A DNA stretch of 64,000 nt from a virus (lineage: Duplodnaviria; Caudoviricetes), in IMG/VR virus record IMGVR_UViG_2654587994_000003, positions 1 through 64,000 of that record. One strand, given 5' to 3'. Each line of letters starts with the position of its first letter. Position 1 is the stretch's first letter. A model generated the notes under the pieces. That model was not told the DNA's origin. It made no database searches and saw nothing but the letters and a program-made list of their open reading frames with translations. A program made the translations under genes and the position numbers. Below are positions 38,977 through 48,739 of the stretch, one piece after another.

Positions 38977-39417
38977 CTACCAGGAACCGGTATTCTGCAT
39001 AGATATCCACGGTTCGGCTGGTGCGAGGCTTTCGCCTTTCTGCAAAATTTCGAAAGAAATACCATCCGGTGAACGTACGAAGGCCATATGCCCGTCTCGC
39101 GGTGGCCGGTTGATGATGATGCCGTTCTGCTGCAGATGCGCGCAGAAGTCGTAGATATTATCGACCTCATAAGCGAGGTGACCGAAATTGCGGCCGCCGG
39201 TATAATCTTCGCTATCCCAGTTATAGGTGAGTTCGAGGCACGGCGCCTTGTTTTCCTTCGCCGCAGCAACGTCGTCGCGAGCTGCAAGAAACACGAGAGT
39301 GAAGCGGCCTTTTTCGTTCTCGATTCGGCGTATTTCGGTAAGGCCGAGCAGGTCGACATAGAATTTAAGTGATTCGCCAAGGTCTTTGACGCGAACCATC
39401 GTGTGCAGATACCGCAT
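38977..39417 (-). CDS. gloA: Lactoylglutathione lyase (glyoxalase I)
   Basis: [29 protein letters not shown]. Confidence 0.92.
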   Translation of the reverse strand: MRYLHTMVRVKDLGESLKFYVDLLGLTEIRRIENEKGRFTLVFLAARDDVAAAKENKAPCLELTYNWDSEDYTGGRNFGHLAYEVDNIYDFCAHLQQNGIIINRPPRDGHMAFVRSPDGISFEILQKGESLAPAEPWISMQNTGSW

Positions 39418-39609
39418 TTTATTCCTCTCCATTACACGGGTCCGAAGCCGTTAAACGCATGATCGCAAGCCCCGGACAAGGACGGCGACATAAAAGCAGC
39501 TGCGTAAATCAAAAACTAGGGCTTGCGTGAAACCGTTACCAAGATGTTAATCTGGCGCACAGGAATCAGTTGACCGGTGTATGGCGCGTAATCGAGGGGT
39601 TGGCAGGAT

Positions 39610-40188
39610 ATGGCTGATAGGATGTCATCGAAAACGATAGTCGATGTCGAGGACCTTTCGGGCGATGCCGTGGACCTGACCGAGATCACCGGCGTCGTGA
39701 AGTGGTTCGATGTCGCCAAGGGTTTCGGCTTCATCGTGCCCGACAACGGCACACAGGATGTGCTGCTGCATGTTTCCTGCCTGCGTCGCGACGGTTACCA
39801 GACGATCCTTGAAGGCACGCGCATTGTCGCCCTTATCCAGCGGCGCGACCGTGGCTTTCAGGCATTTCGCATTCTCTCCATGGATCAGTCCACCGCCGTC
39901 CACCCCTCGCAGCTGCCGCCGGTGCGCACCCATGTGCAGGTGACGCCGTCCAGCGGACTGGAGCGCGCCATCGTCAAGTGGTTCAACCGCACCAAGGGTT
40001 TCGGTTTCCTGACGCGTGGCGAAGGAACGGAAGACATTTTCGTGCATATGGAGACACTGCGCCGTTTCGGCCTGACCGAACTTCGCCCCGGGCAGGTTGT
40101 GCTGGTGCGTTATGGCGATGGCGACAAAGGCCTGATGGCCGCGGAAATCCACCCGGACAACCCGGTTTCGATCGGGATGTCGCATTGA
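39610..40188 (+). CDS. Tandem cold-shock domain protein
   Basis: Two VKWF..KGFGF..D(V/I)(L/F)(L/V)H domains. Confidence 0.92.
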   Translation: MADRMSSKTIVDVEDLSGDAVDLTEITGVVKWFDVAKGFGFIVPDNGTQDVLLHVSCLRRDGYQTILEGTRIVALIQRRDRGFQAFRILSMDQSTAVHPSQLPPVRTHVQVTPSSGLERAIVKWFNRTKGFGFLTRGEGTEDIFVHMETLRRFGLTELRPGQVVLVRYGDGDKGLMAAEIHPDNPVSIGMSH

Positions 40189-40670
40189 TGCCCGCCCTGC
40201 CCGATATGGTGAAGAGCGCCGTTATGGCGCTTCTTTTTTTCACGCTGGCCAGCGCCGCCCAGGCCCAGCAACAGCAGACATTCACCTCCGAACCGCTGCA
40301 GATTGAAACGGCCGGGGGAAAAAGCAATGATTTCACTGTGGAACTGGCGCTGAACAATGCCCAGCGCGAACAGGGCCTGATGTTTCGCAAGAGCATGCCA
40401 CCAGAAAACGGCATGTTGTTCAATTTCGGTGAACCGCGTGATGTCGCCATGTGGATGCGGAACACGCTTATTCCGCTCGACATGCTTTTCATTGGCCGTG
40501 ACGGTCGCATCACCCACATTCACGAAAACGCGGTTCCACATTCGGAAGCCATCATCAGCTCCCGCGGGCCAGTGAAATTCGTGCTTGAACTGAATGGCGG
40601 CGCTGCGAAACGTTACGGCATCAAGCCTGGCGATATTGTGCGCAGCGCGCAAATTGGCAACCGGAAGTGA
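40188..40670 (+). CDS. DUF192 protein
   Basis: GLMFR, GMLF, MWMRNTLIPLDMLFI, VLELNGG. Confidence 0.9.
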   Translation: MPALPDMVKSAVMALLFFTLASAAQAQQQQTFTSEPLQIETAGGKSNDFTVELALNNAQREQGLMFRKSMPPENGMLFNFGEPRDVAMWMRNTLIPLDMLFIGRDGRITHIHENAVPHSEAIISSRGPVKFVLELNGGAAKRYGIKPGDIVRSAQIGNRK

Positions 40671-40730
40671 CGTTGCCGCGTTATTGCGTCTGAATGAGCC
40701 GGACGATGTTTCGCCCGGCTGGCGCAATGT

Positions 40731-40979
40731 TCAGTAGACCGGCTCTATATGGCTCAGAATCCTGCAGTTGGAAATGGAAGCGGCAAGGTTGATGGCGATG
40801 TCGATCGCCTCGACTGAATCAGCCGTGCCTTCCAGATAGATCACGTCATTTTCGACAGTGGCGGAAATGCGCGACTTTTCGAGACCTGATTCGAAGGCCA
40901 GTGCCGAGGTAATGGCCTGGCATACGCCCGCCATGCGGTCACCAAAGAAGCTTTCCTGAATACCTGACAGATTGAACAT
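40731..40979 (-). CDS. BON domain protein
   Basis: ISATVENDVIYLEGTADS; AGGAGA SD. Confidence 0.75.
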   Translation of the reverse strand: MFNLSGIQESFFGDRMAGVCQAITSALAFESGLEKSRISATVENDVIYLEGTADSVEAIDIAINLAASISNCRILSHIEPVY

Positions 40980-41112
40980 ATGTGTTCTCCTTCTTATGGA
41001 CATTACAACGCCTTTGGTGGCGGTTTTGTTCATCTCCGGTTCATCTATTTGTTCATCTTCCATTCATCTTGAAAAATTGGAACCCCCCAATCGATCACAT
41101 TTTAGGTGATCG

Positions 41113-41137
41113 GGAACCATTTCGTGAGGCGGGCATT
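41113..41137 (+). promoter_or_regulatory. Sigma-EcfG (general stress) type promoter GGAAC-N16-CATT
   Basis: Consensus match upstream of DUF982 gene. Confidence 0.55.
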
Positions 41138-41203
41138 TCGCGCATGGGAGTGAAAAGAGAGTGAAAACCGCCATGAAGGCGCGTGAAACAGGAGGAGAAT
41201 GAC

Positions 41204-41473
41204 ATGCTGATCAACAGAACGGAGCCGTGTCACCACGCCTCGTGGATGAAGCCGGTGGCGATCCACCTGCCCTTGTCCGCAGCAGTGGAAATCTACAGCC
41301 CGCTGGTAGCGCTGGACATGCTGATGTACCGCTGGCCGGAAGAACACGGCCCGGAATATGAAGAAGCACGCAGAAACTGCCTCGATGCCATCGCCGGACG
41401 ATGCGACATCGAAAAAGCGCGGGAGTCGTTTCTCATCGCAAGCAGCCACGCTCATATTCTCAACATGCACTGA
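41204..41473 (+). CDS. DUF982 protein
   Basis: WMKPV..ALDMLMYRWP..G..Y..A..CLDA..ARESF. Confidence 0.85.
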   Translation: MLINRTEPCHHASWMKPVAIHLPLSAAVEIYSPLVALDMLMYRWPEEHGPEYEEARRNCLDAIAGRCDIEKARESFLIASSHAHILNMH

Positions 41474-41684
41474 CGTTCATTATCCGCGTTGATGACTGGC
41501 CCTTCTCCGCGAAGGGCTTTTCTTTTGGCGTTCACTGTTTCAGGCACAGGGTCGCGCGCGGAAAACTCCCGCCTGCCGCCGGTGACATGTAACTGTCACG
41601 CAAACGTTATAATCGGCAGAGACAAATTCCGTGGAATCACCGGGCGGACAAACCGCCGGAAGCTCGGGAGTGGACCTGGCCAGC

Positions 41685-42827
41685 ATGGAAACCGTCTTTG
41701 CCCTTTGCGCAATTCTGCTCGTCGCTCTCAACCTTCTCGGTATCTGCCTTGCCGGGTGGCGGCTAAAGCGGCGCGACCCGGAAAATTCCCTTGCGCGGCA
41801 AAAACCGCCTGTCTCGATCGTTGTGCCACTGCGCGGTGTGGAAAGTTTCACCCCTCTTACGCTGTCACGCGCCTTCGAGCTCGATTGGCCGGATTACGAG
41901 CTGCTTTTCTGCGTTGCAGATGAATTCGACCCCGTCATTGCGCAAGTACGTAAAGCCCAGAGCGCCTTTCCTTCCGTTTCAGCGCAATTGCTCATCGGCG
42001 ACGACCGGATCAGTGCCAATCCAAAACTGAACAATTGCGTCAAGGGCTGGCTGGCCGCCCGGCATGAATGGGTCATCCTCGCCGATTCGAACGTATTGAT
42101 GCCTAAATCCTACGTGACGCGCATGATGTCGGCCTGGCGGAAAGACAGCGGCCTCGTGTGCTCCCCGCCGCTGGGCTCGCGGCCGACGGGTTTCTGGGCG
42201 CATGTGGAATGCGCCTTCCTCAACGGCGCGCAGGGCCGCTGGCAATATGCGGCAGAAGCCATCGGAATGGGTTTCGCGCAGGGCAAATCCATGTTGTGGA
42301 ACAAACCGTTCCTCGAGGACCATGGGGGTATCCGCGCCCTCGCCGCCGAAATCGCCGAAGACGCCGCCTCGACGAAGCTGGTGCGGAACGCTGGCCGCAG
42401 GGTGCATCTTGTCTCCGCCCCTTTCGAGCAACCGCTCGGCCAGCGTCACGCCGGCGAAATCTGGTCACGCCAGGCCCGCTGGGCGCGGCTAAGGCGCGTG
42501 ACCTTCCCGCAATATTTCGCGCCGGAAATCCTGACGGGTGCACTTCCCCCGCTTCTGTTCGCACTCACCGCGGCGGCCATGATGGACGTGAACCTCTTAG
42601 CGACCGCCCTCGCCGTCCTCGTCCTCATATACGGCCCCGAATTGGCCCTGACCGCCCTCAACGGGTGGCCAATATCGCTCCATACCCTGCCGGCCATGAT
42701 CGCACGGGACATCATCATGCCCGTCATCTGGACGAGAAGCTGGATTGGCAGCGCAGTGGCATGGCGCGGCAATGTCATGACAATCGGTACGGCGGAAAGC
42801 ACTTTGGCCGGCCCGCCAGCGGAATAA
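41685..42827 (+). CDS. Ceramide glucosyltransferase (GT21)
   Basis: NPKLNN, ILADSN, IAED, RQARWARLR. Confidence 0.9.
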   Translation: METVFALCAILLVALNLLGICLAGWRLKRRDPENSLARQKPPVSIVVPLRGVESFTPLTLSRAFELDWPDYELLFCVADEFDPVIAQVRKAQSAFPSVSAQLLIGDDRISANPKLNNCVKGWLAARHEWVILADSNVLMPKSYVTRMMSAWRKDSGLVCSPPLGSRPTGFWAHVECAFLNGAQGRWQYAAEAIGMGFAQGKSMLWNKPFLEDHGGIRALAAEIAEDAASTKLVRNAGRRVHLVSAPFEQPLGQRHAGEIWSRQARWARLRRVTFPQYFAPEILTGALPPLLFALTAAAMMDVNLLATALAVLVLIYGPELALTALNGWPISLHTLPAMIARDIIMPVIWTRSWIGSAVAWRGNVMTIGTAESTLAGPPAE

Positions 42828-42879
42828 TGACAATTTATGGGAAGAGGTTACGCCGGAAAGCTGATGCTTTGCCTTAAAA

Positions 42880-42956
<77 letters not shown>

Positions 42957-43220
42957 CCGAGGCGATGGCTGGGGAATACACGGTTCATACGCAGTCCGCA
43001 ACAGGGAAATTCATCTTTGTTCAGCCGCGACACAGTTGAGCAAAACCTAAGGTCGAGCGGGCAGCGCATGAACCGACAGCAAGGGGATAATCGTCTTGAC
43101 TCTCACTTGAACTCGGTCCATTTCAAATTCTACGTTCCTGACACGATTTGGTTATTCTATTCAGGTACGTGATGAATAATCCGGGGTTTCACCCCGCTGT
43201 CCAACCGGAGCAGTTTCGAC

Positions 43221-43526
43221 ATGTCTGCGAAGATTTACCGCCCTGCAAAAACCGCCATGCAATCCGGCAAGGCGAAGACCAATGTCTGGGTTCTGGAATT
43301 CGACGCCGAGGTTCCGCGCAAGATCGATCCGATCATGGGCTACACCTCCAGTTCCGACATGAAACAGCAGGTCAAGCTGACATTCGAGACACAGGAACAG
43401 GCCGAAGCCTATGCCCAGCGCAAGGGCATCGAATATCGCGTGATCCAGCCGAAAGAGGCGACTCGCAAGGTGGTTTCCTACACCGACAATTTCCGTTTCA
43501 ACCGCACCCAGCCCTGGACGCACTGA
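43221..43526 (+). CDS. ETC complex I subunit (NDUFS4-like)
   Basis: AKTAMQSG, DPIMGYTSSSD, SYTDNF. Confidence 0.92.
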   Translation: MSAKIYRPAKTAMQSGKAKTNVWVLEFDAEVPRKIDPIMGYTSSSDMKQQVKLTFETQEQAEAYAQRKGIEYRVIQPKEATRKVVSYTDNFRFNRTQPWTH

Positions 43527-43574
43527 AACACGACGACCAAAGTTTTTGCCGGAGCATCGATTGCCCGGCATGAC

Positions 43575-43651
43575 GGCCCCTTAGCTCAACTGGATAGAGC
43601 AACTGCCTTCTAAGCAGTAGGTCGCAGGTTCGAGTCCTGCAGGGGTCGCCA
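43575..43651 (+). tRNA. tRNA-Arg(TCT), probable integration site of prophage 2
   Basis: GGCCCCTTAGCTCAACTGGATAGAGC ACTGC-CTTCTAA-GCAGT..GTTCGAGTC..GCCA. Confidence 0.96.
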
Positions 43652-43655
43652 ATTA

Positions 43656-43737
43656 TTTCAAACACTTAGCGACATTTCCTTAATCACCAGTTTGCAATTT
43701 TCTGGCGCAGTTTGCAGAATTCGTTCTGCGGGCGTTC
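43656..43737. promoter_or_regulatory. att arm region: IHF-like TTTCAAACACTTA, CAGTTTGCA direct repeats (43688, 43708), GTTC-N7-GTTC box (43723-43737)
   Basis: Motifs read directly from sequence. Confidence 0.55.
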
Positions 43738-44104
43738 TGGTGGTGCAACTTTTGGATGATTGGTTGGAAAAATAAGCGGCAATTAATTGCCGATCGAATT
43801 ATCTGATAATCGCCAATACAATTAGATAAATAATTAATAAGTGCAAATTGGAGGGAAACCGACTTGACGGAATCGTCATTTTGGGGATAAGTGTGTATTA
43901 GTTAACAAATCCCTAAAATTTCTCTTGCCGAATCTGTCGTTGTCTGGAAAAGATGAAGGCCGAAACGCGTGGTGCGTTTCGGCCTTTGTGATTCTGCTTC
44001 GGTTATCCTGGTCGCCGAAGCAGAACAGGATTGAAGCGGTAGTCGTAGCAGAGCCGTGATAGTCCTCAAAGGCCCATAATTCAAGGCCAGAGGGCAAAAA
44101 AACT

Positions 44105-44242
44105 ATGTCTAAAGCGCAGTCTGGAAATAAAGCATCGTCTATTGCAGGCAAGGTTCTCGCAGGAACAAAACCTTCAAAGACCGAAATAATGACCTTGGCA
44201 GCGTCCGTGCTCCGGCAGGACGAAACTAAGGGCAAGCGTTAA
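44105..44242 (+). CDS. Small basic protein (45 aa, missing from ORF track): MSKAQSGNKASSIAGKVLAGTKPSKTEIMTLAASVLRQDETKGKR
   Basis: GAGGG SD; SxAGKVL..LAASVL.Q small phage protein pattern; followed by terminator. Confidence 0.7.
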   Translation: MSKAQSGNKASSIAGKVLAGTKPSKTEIMTLAASVLRQDETKGKR

Positions 44243-44249
44243 TGTGACT

Positions 44250-44278
44250 GGCGGGGAGCCACTAACTCCCCGCCTTTT
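44250..44278. terminator. Intrinsic terminator between convergent genes
   Basis: GGCGGGGAG-CCACTAA-CTCCCCGCC-TTTT. Confidence 0.75.
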
Positions 44279-44304
44279 AACTTTCTGGAGACGGGAATGT
44301 TCCG

Positions 44305-44961
44305 TCACGCCGCGTCCTCCAAGTGCCAGTGCAGGAAAGCATCAAGCTGGCGATGCAAATCCACGATGTCACCGATGTTGTGGATCTCGACGTCGGCACC
44401 ACCACACCCCGCCTCGCTCTCATGCGATCCTGCAATACCGCCACGACCGACAAGCTGCCAGACCACGCCACCGAGCTTGCGAACCTCGTCGGCTTCGTTC
44501 GGGAAGCGGCAGTCATCGACGACTACGCAGCCGCCAAACGCAAGCACGCCGTCTACGCGTGAGCGCCAGAGGTTTGTCCAGAAGTCCTCCCCCATGCACT
44601 TGCGGCCCCATTCAGTGCCAAGCGTTTGCATAGCGTAGCGAGGCGTGCGTCCGGACAGCATTGCAAGGTCGGTTTCTTTGTGCGCTCCTTCGATGTGGCC
44701 TTCACCAAGACCTATGGCCCGCAACATGTCTTTCAGCGGCCCTGCGAACTTCACCAGTTGGTATCCGTGCCTCTCAACCAGGTATTTGCTGGCCGTGCTC
44801 TTACCGCTGCCAGCAAGGCCGGTGAGCGCGATGACGGTTGGCAGACTGGTGCTAACCTTCCCAATCGCCGCGCCGAGCGCGCGCAGTTCTGCTGGCACAT
44901 TATCGTTCGCCGGTACGGCTGTGAGGCAGCCGGTGTCTTTGGATGTGATTGCGTCTACCAT
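44305..44961 (-). CDS. Deoxynucleoside monophosphate kinase
   Basis: GLAGSGKST, FAGPLK, TPRYAMQTLGTEWGR, DDCRFPNE, HESE. Confidence 0.9.
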   Translation of the reverse strand: MVDAITSKDTGCLTAVPANDNVPAELRALGAAIGKVSTSLPTVIALTGLAGSGKSTASKYLVERHGYQLVKFAGPLKDMLRAIGLGEGHIEGAHKETDLAMLSGRTPRYAMQTLGTEWGRKCMGEDFWTNLWRSRVDGVLAFGGCVVVDDCRFPNEADEVRKLGGVVWQLVGRGGIAGSHESEAGCGGADVEIHNIGDIVDLHRQLDAFLHWHLEDAA

Positions 44962-45218
44962 AAATCCTCCGAATAGAGCTGGGGGCCATTGGTGGCCGAT
45001 TTGATTTGGCCTGCCGCATGCGCGAGATAGAATGCCTCAACGCGGTTCACGAAACGACCTCTATCTGTGATGAATCCTTGCGCCTGAGGCGTCGCCACCG
45101 CGCCATCTATGCTCATTTGGGTGTCCATCGTTTGGATGATGGTGTGATGTCTGGCAGGCGGCGGGAGCGAAATCGTTGCGCCGAACTGGATTGCCGCGGC
45201 GGCTATACGCTCTAGCAT
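44955..45218 (-). CDS. Conserved phage hypothetical protein
   Basis: PPARHH..QGFIT..GRFVNR.EA..LYSEDLW. Confidence 0.8.
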   Translation of the reverse strand: MLERIAAAAIQFGATISLPPPARHHTIIQTMDTQMSIDGAVATPQAQGFITDRGRFVNRVEAFYLAHAAGQIKSATNGPQLYSEDLW

Positions 45219-45445
45219 TTGTCTGCCTCAGCGAGCGCTTCAAATATTACTTCTTCGTTCAAGTAATTCTCTCGCGCCAGACTTGCGAAATCCACTTCAG
45301 CAGGGCAGTGAACGATCGCCGCTGCAATGGCCTCCCTCGACCGCTGGAGGTATCGAAGTCGCTCTGCTCTTGGCATCCCCATCCACGACCTCTTATCAAA
45401 AGAGGAGTCCGATTTTGCCATCGCTGCAATGACCTTAGCTAACAT
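45212..45445 (-). CDS. Phage hypothetical protein
   Basis: Coupled ORF with AGGAG SD. Confidence 0.65.
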   Translation of the reverse strand: MLAKVIAAMAKSDSSFDKRSWMGMPRAERLRYLQRSREAIAAAIVHCPAEVDFASLARENYLNEEVIFEALAEADKC

Positions 45446-45723
45446 ACCGTCTCCTTAATCCTCTTCTTGCCTTCGACATTCGGCTTCACCACCGGCTTAA
45501 ACCGGCGCAGCGCGAACGGTGGATCCTCATCGCCGAACTGCGGACACACGCCACGGTTCACGCCCGCCAGCCTGATGCCGGCGTAATCTCCACCGAGATA
45601 CGTGCGGCACATGCCCACCCACGTCGCCGTGTAGATCTCCCCGGCACGAATGCCGGGGTATTGCTCAGGAAGGGTGGTGTCGTCGACGCAGACGACTTCG
45701 TCGCCGGGTTTGATCGCATTCAA
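45439..45723 (-). CDS. Phage hypothetical protein
   Basis: KPGDEVVCVDD..RRFKPV pattern. Confidence 0.7.
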   Translation of the reverse strand: MNAIKPGDEVVCVDDTTLPEQYPGIRAGEIYTATWVGMCRTYLGGDYAGIRLAGVNRGVCPQFGDEDPPFALRRFKPVVKPNVEGKKRIKETVC

Positions 45724-45920
45724 GAGACGGCCTCCTCCCGCGTCATTTCACCAAGGTAGCTCACTGCGATTGGGCACGCGTCGGCGCCTCCCAAAACAGC
45801 ATTCCGCGCTTCTCGAATCCGCCCCTCGTTCACGTATTTGTCGGGCCACCCCATCGTGACGCGCGCAAACGTTCCATTCGCTGCCGCGTAGCTGAACATG
45901 AAATAATGGAGCTTCTTCAA
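45720..45920 (-). CDS. Phage hypothetical protein
   Basis: AVSYLGEMTREE motif; coupled. Confidence 0.65.
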   Translation of the reverse strand: MKKLHYFMFSYAAANGTFARVTMGWPDKYVNEGRIREARNAVLGGADACPIAVSYLGEMTREEAVS

Positions 45921-46648
45921 GCCGCCCTCCCCGCCATCAACGCATCAAACGTCGCCAGGAACTCAAGCTCCGCCTCCTCCGGCGACCAGTACCGCAGCTT
46001 CACGCCCAGCTCTTTCCCGGCGTACCGCGCATGCCACGGCATCTCCCGCAGGTTGACCAGCTCGTCGGCGATGATGCTGTTGTCGGCGTCGTGAACCTCG
46101 CGCGGCAACTCCTTCGGCAAACCAAACCGCGCCGCGATAGCCAGCCAGTTGTCTTGCTCGATCGCACGGTAGTTCGTCAGGTACGGCTTGAGTGGGCGCG
46201 GAATGTCCACGCAGTATGCTTCAGGGGCATCGTGCAGAAGGCCAGCCAAAGCCACCTCCGGCGCGTGCTTGGCTGCAAGGTGACGGGCAATCAGAACTGA
46301 ATGTTCGGCGACGCTGTAGAACTTGATGCAGTGCCCTGCGTAGCGGCATTGCAGGCCGAGCGAATGCGCGATGTCTTCGATGTAGACTTCGTGCGGGCGC
46401 GGCGACATCGGCCAATATTTGCGACCGGTGAAGGTTTGCATGAAATCGCCGGCGCGGGGTGGTTCGGCTGGTGTGTTGCGGGTTAGGCCGATGTATTGTC
46501 CGTTGTCCTGGGACTGAGGACGGTTGTCGTTGGCGGCAACTGGGGTACACCTTGTGCGCTCTTCGCGCAGCGCCATTGCAGCCTTAAAGGTGGCGATCTT
46601 TTTATCTGCGATCTCTCTCGCGTCTATCACTGCAGCGTATGGCATCAA
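45917..46648 (-). CDS. HD-domain 5'-deoxynucleotidase (YfbR/YfdR-like)
   Basis: IEDIAHSL..RYAGH..YSVAEHS..LLHDAPEAY..D..PLK. Confidence 0.88.
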   Translation of the reverse strand: MMPYAAVIDAREIADKKIATFKAAMALREERTRCTPVAANDNRPQSQDNGQYIGLTRNTPAEPPRAGDFMQTFTGRKYWPMSPRPHEVYIEDIAHSLGLQCRYAGHCIKFYSVAEHSVLIARHLAAKHAPEVALAGLLHDAPEAYCVDIPRPLKPYLTNYRAIEQDNWLAIAARFGLPKELPREVHDADNSIIADELVNLREMPWHARYAGKELGVKLRYWSPEEAELEFLATFDALMAGRAA

Positions 46649-47073
46649 AACGCCTTCCCACCAGCCATAAGCCGGTTTTCGATTTTGTGGTCAGGGCGGT
46701 TGGCGTTGAATGCCATCTTCTCGACGGCGGCGCCGCCGAGGTCATAGCCAAGGAACGCAGCCAGATCGCCGATCCGAATCATTGCGTCAGCAAGCTCCAC
46801 CTCAGCCATAGGTCGGTGCGGCAGCTTGTCGTCCATCAGCACTTTACCGGGCTTGGACTTGCGATAGCCCTCCATCGCTTCGCTGATCTCGCTGTGAATC
46901 AGGCAAAGCATCTCAGGCACGTTGCGGTCCAGCGCCCTGCCTGTGGCGAGGTCAGTGTACCAGCCTGCTCTACGGCTTGCTGCGTGGCAGTCGGCTGCAA
47001 ACAGGTTGATCGCTGCGGCGTGGTGGAATTCCACCTCCGCAGCAATTTTTAAAGTCACGACGTTGTCACTCAT
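46645..47073 (-). CDS. MazG-like NTP pyrophosphohydrolase
   Basis: LIHSEISEAMEG..EVELAD..IRIGD..KMAFN. Confidence 0.82.
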   Translation of the reverse strand: MSDNVVTLKIAAEVEFHHAAAINLFAADCHAASRRAGWYTDLATGRALDRNVPEMLCLIHSEISEAMEGYRKSKPGKVLMDDKLPHRPMAEVELADAMIRIGDLAAFLGYDLGGAAVEKMAFNANRPDHKIENRLMAGGKAF

Positions 47074-47279
47074 TCTTGTCTCCTCAGTGGCGGTGGTTGA
47101 CCGCCAGTTGGTAGCTGGCGGCTGGTTGGGGATTGCTGGGGAAGTCGCTGTATAAATGCTAAAAAAACCCGAATTTGCCGGTTGTTTCGGTGGTTATCCC
47201 CCATTGGCAATTGACCTTCGGCCCGTAGGGAGTCCTTATTGCCATTGTGGTGCCAGCGAATCTTTCACTGGAGCACCAA

Positions 47280-47429
47280 ATGAAGACCTTCCTTAAGTTC
47301 AGGCACGGTAAAACCGAAGGTGAAGCGAACAACACTCTCGGAATGTTGCTGCTTACGATCATTGCCGTAACCTACAGGCTTGCGCCGTTCATCGCGCTGG
47401 GCGCTGGCGGATACTGGTATGTTCGCTAG
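47280..47429 (+). CDS. Small antisense membrane peptide (49 aa)
   Basis: GGAG SD; hydrophobic C-terminal half. Confidence 0.5.
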   Translation: MKTFLKFRHGKTEGEANNTLGMLLLTIIAVTYRLAPFIALGAGGYWYVR

Positions 47430-47433
47430 GGCG

Positions 47434-48687
47434 TCACGCCACCGCCCTCGCCGGCTCATTGTCATTGGCCGCCGCATATCGCCCCGCGACCATCTCCGGA
47501 CGCAACGTGGCGCGGGCAACTTCGCCGAAGCGGCGAGAATACGTGATAACTTTGGCAGACCGGCCCGACAGCCATCCGCCGCCAGCAGCGTATGCGTCAG
47601 GCGCGGCAAGCGTTTCGTGGCGCTCGACATACATCAGCGCCGACTTGCGGCCCTCATCGCTGTGCAGGTGCCCGACATGCGCGAAGGCGTACTTCGATGC
47701 GCCGAACATTTCGCGGAACATGCCTGCCAACGTCGCATCGACCTGGGCCACGCCACGCTTATGGCCGTGGTGATAGAACAGCGCTGTGTCGCCCCACTTG
47801 TAGGCGTAATAAAGCATAGGGCTGGTATCGACCGACACGCGCGGCTCGTTCTCGTAGATCGTCGCCAACAGCTCGCGAACCCATACGGACGAGGCCGGGT
47901 CATGGTTGCCCGAAGCCATGACGACGTGAACGTGCTTGTGCTTTTGCAACAGCATATCAACGACGCGACGCAGAGTGCGAATAACGACGCGGACCACCTT
48001 ATGCAGGCGGGAATCGGCGTCGAGAACGTGCTTATGCGCAGGCGTCACGCTCTCAAGAGCGTCATGGTGCAAGAGGTCGCCGAGCTGCGCGAGAACAGCT
48101 GTGTGCGCCTGCGGAGCGCCAGCCACAGCGGCGGCAAACCAATCCAGCAGCAACTGTTCGGCCAGCCTTAGATCGTAGTCGGCGCCCGTTTCCTCGCGAT
48201 GGGCCAGCATGCCAAAATGGCTGTCGGTCACAACGAACTGGTTGAGGAGGTCTTCTTCGATGTGCTGCGGCGCAGGCATTATCGTGATGCGAGGCAGATT
48301 TTCCTTGAGGCCGTCGACAACGGCGCGGAACGCGGCCAACTGCCCTTCGGCATCCACCGCCGTCTTCTGCCACTGCTGGATAACGCGCCCCTCAGCATCA
48401 ACGAGGGCAGACACACCTTTGACGACGTGGCCAGTCGGCACCGCGAACTTCTCGCCCCGTTCCGGCGTCTGCTGGATGAACGTGCCGCTCGGAGTGTTGC
48501 TGATACGGCTTATGCGAAAGCCAGGAAGGACAGGCTCCGTGCCAAGAAGGCCAGCTTCGGCGGCGCGTTTGATGCTCTCGGCAAGAGCGGACTTGCCGAT
48601 GCCAAGCACGGCGGCAGCCTTCACGAGCGTGCCGTGCTCTTTGTAGGCATCGGCTCTCCGGCGTAGTTCTTCTATGGGTAGAGGCAT
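47434..48687 (-). CDS. HTH + calcineurin-like metallophosphoesterase
   Basis: TDSHFG, LGDLLH, SGNHD, HHGH, GHLH; GAGGAG SD. Confidence 0.85.
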   Translation of the reverse strand: MPLPIEELRRRADAYKEHGTLVKAAAVLGIGKSALAESIKRAAEAGLLGTEPVLPGFRISRISNTPSGTFIQQTPERGEKFAVPTGHVVKGVSALVDAEGRVIQQWQKTAVDAEGQLAAFRAVVDGLKENLPRITIMPAPQHIEEDLLNQFVVTDSHFGMLAHREETGADYDLRLAEQLLLDWFAAAVAGAPQAHTAVLAQLGDLLHHDALESVTPAHKHVLDADSRLHKVVRVVIRTLRRVVDMLLQKHKHVHVVMASGNHDPASSVWVRELLATIYENEPRVSVDTSPMLYYAYKWGDTALFYHHGHKRGVAQVDATLAGMFREMFGASKYAFAHVGHLHSDEGRKSALMYVERHETLAAPDAYAAGGGWLSGRSAKVITYSRRFGEVARATLRPEMVAGRYAAANDNEPARAVA

Positions 48688-48739
48688 GCAGTCTCCTCGA
48701 TGTGGTGGTGAAGGCCGCTTGGTGGGCGGCCTGATTATT

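Noticed and set aside
43876-44235. 119-aa and 60-aa minus-strand ORFs
   Set aside because: No SD or motif; the longer one overlaps the better-supported plus-strand 45-aa gene
44305-48687. DNA hypermodification or Z-base pathway
   Set aside because: Kinase, HD and MazG-like genes are present but no PurZ, thymidylate-synthase-like or base-modifying enzyme is visible
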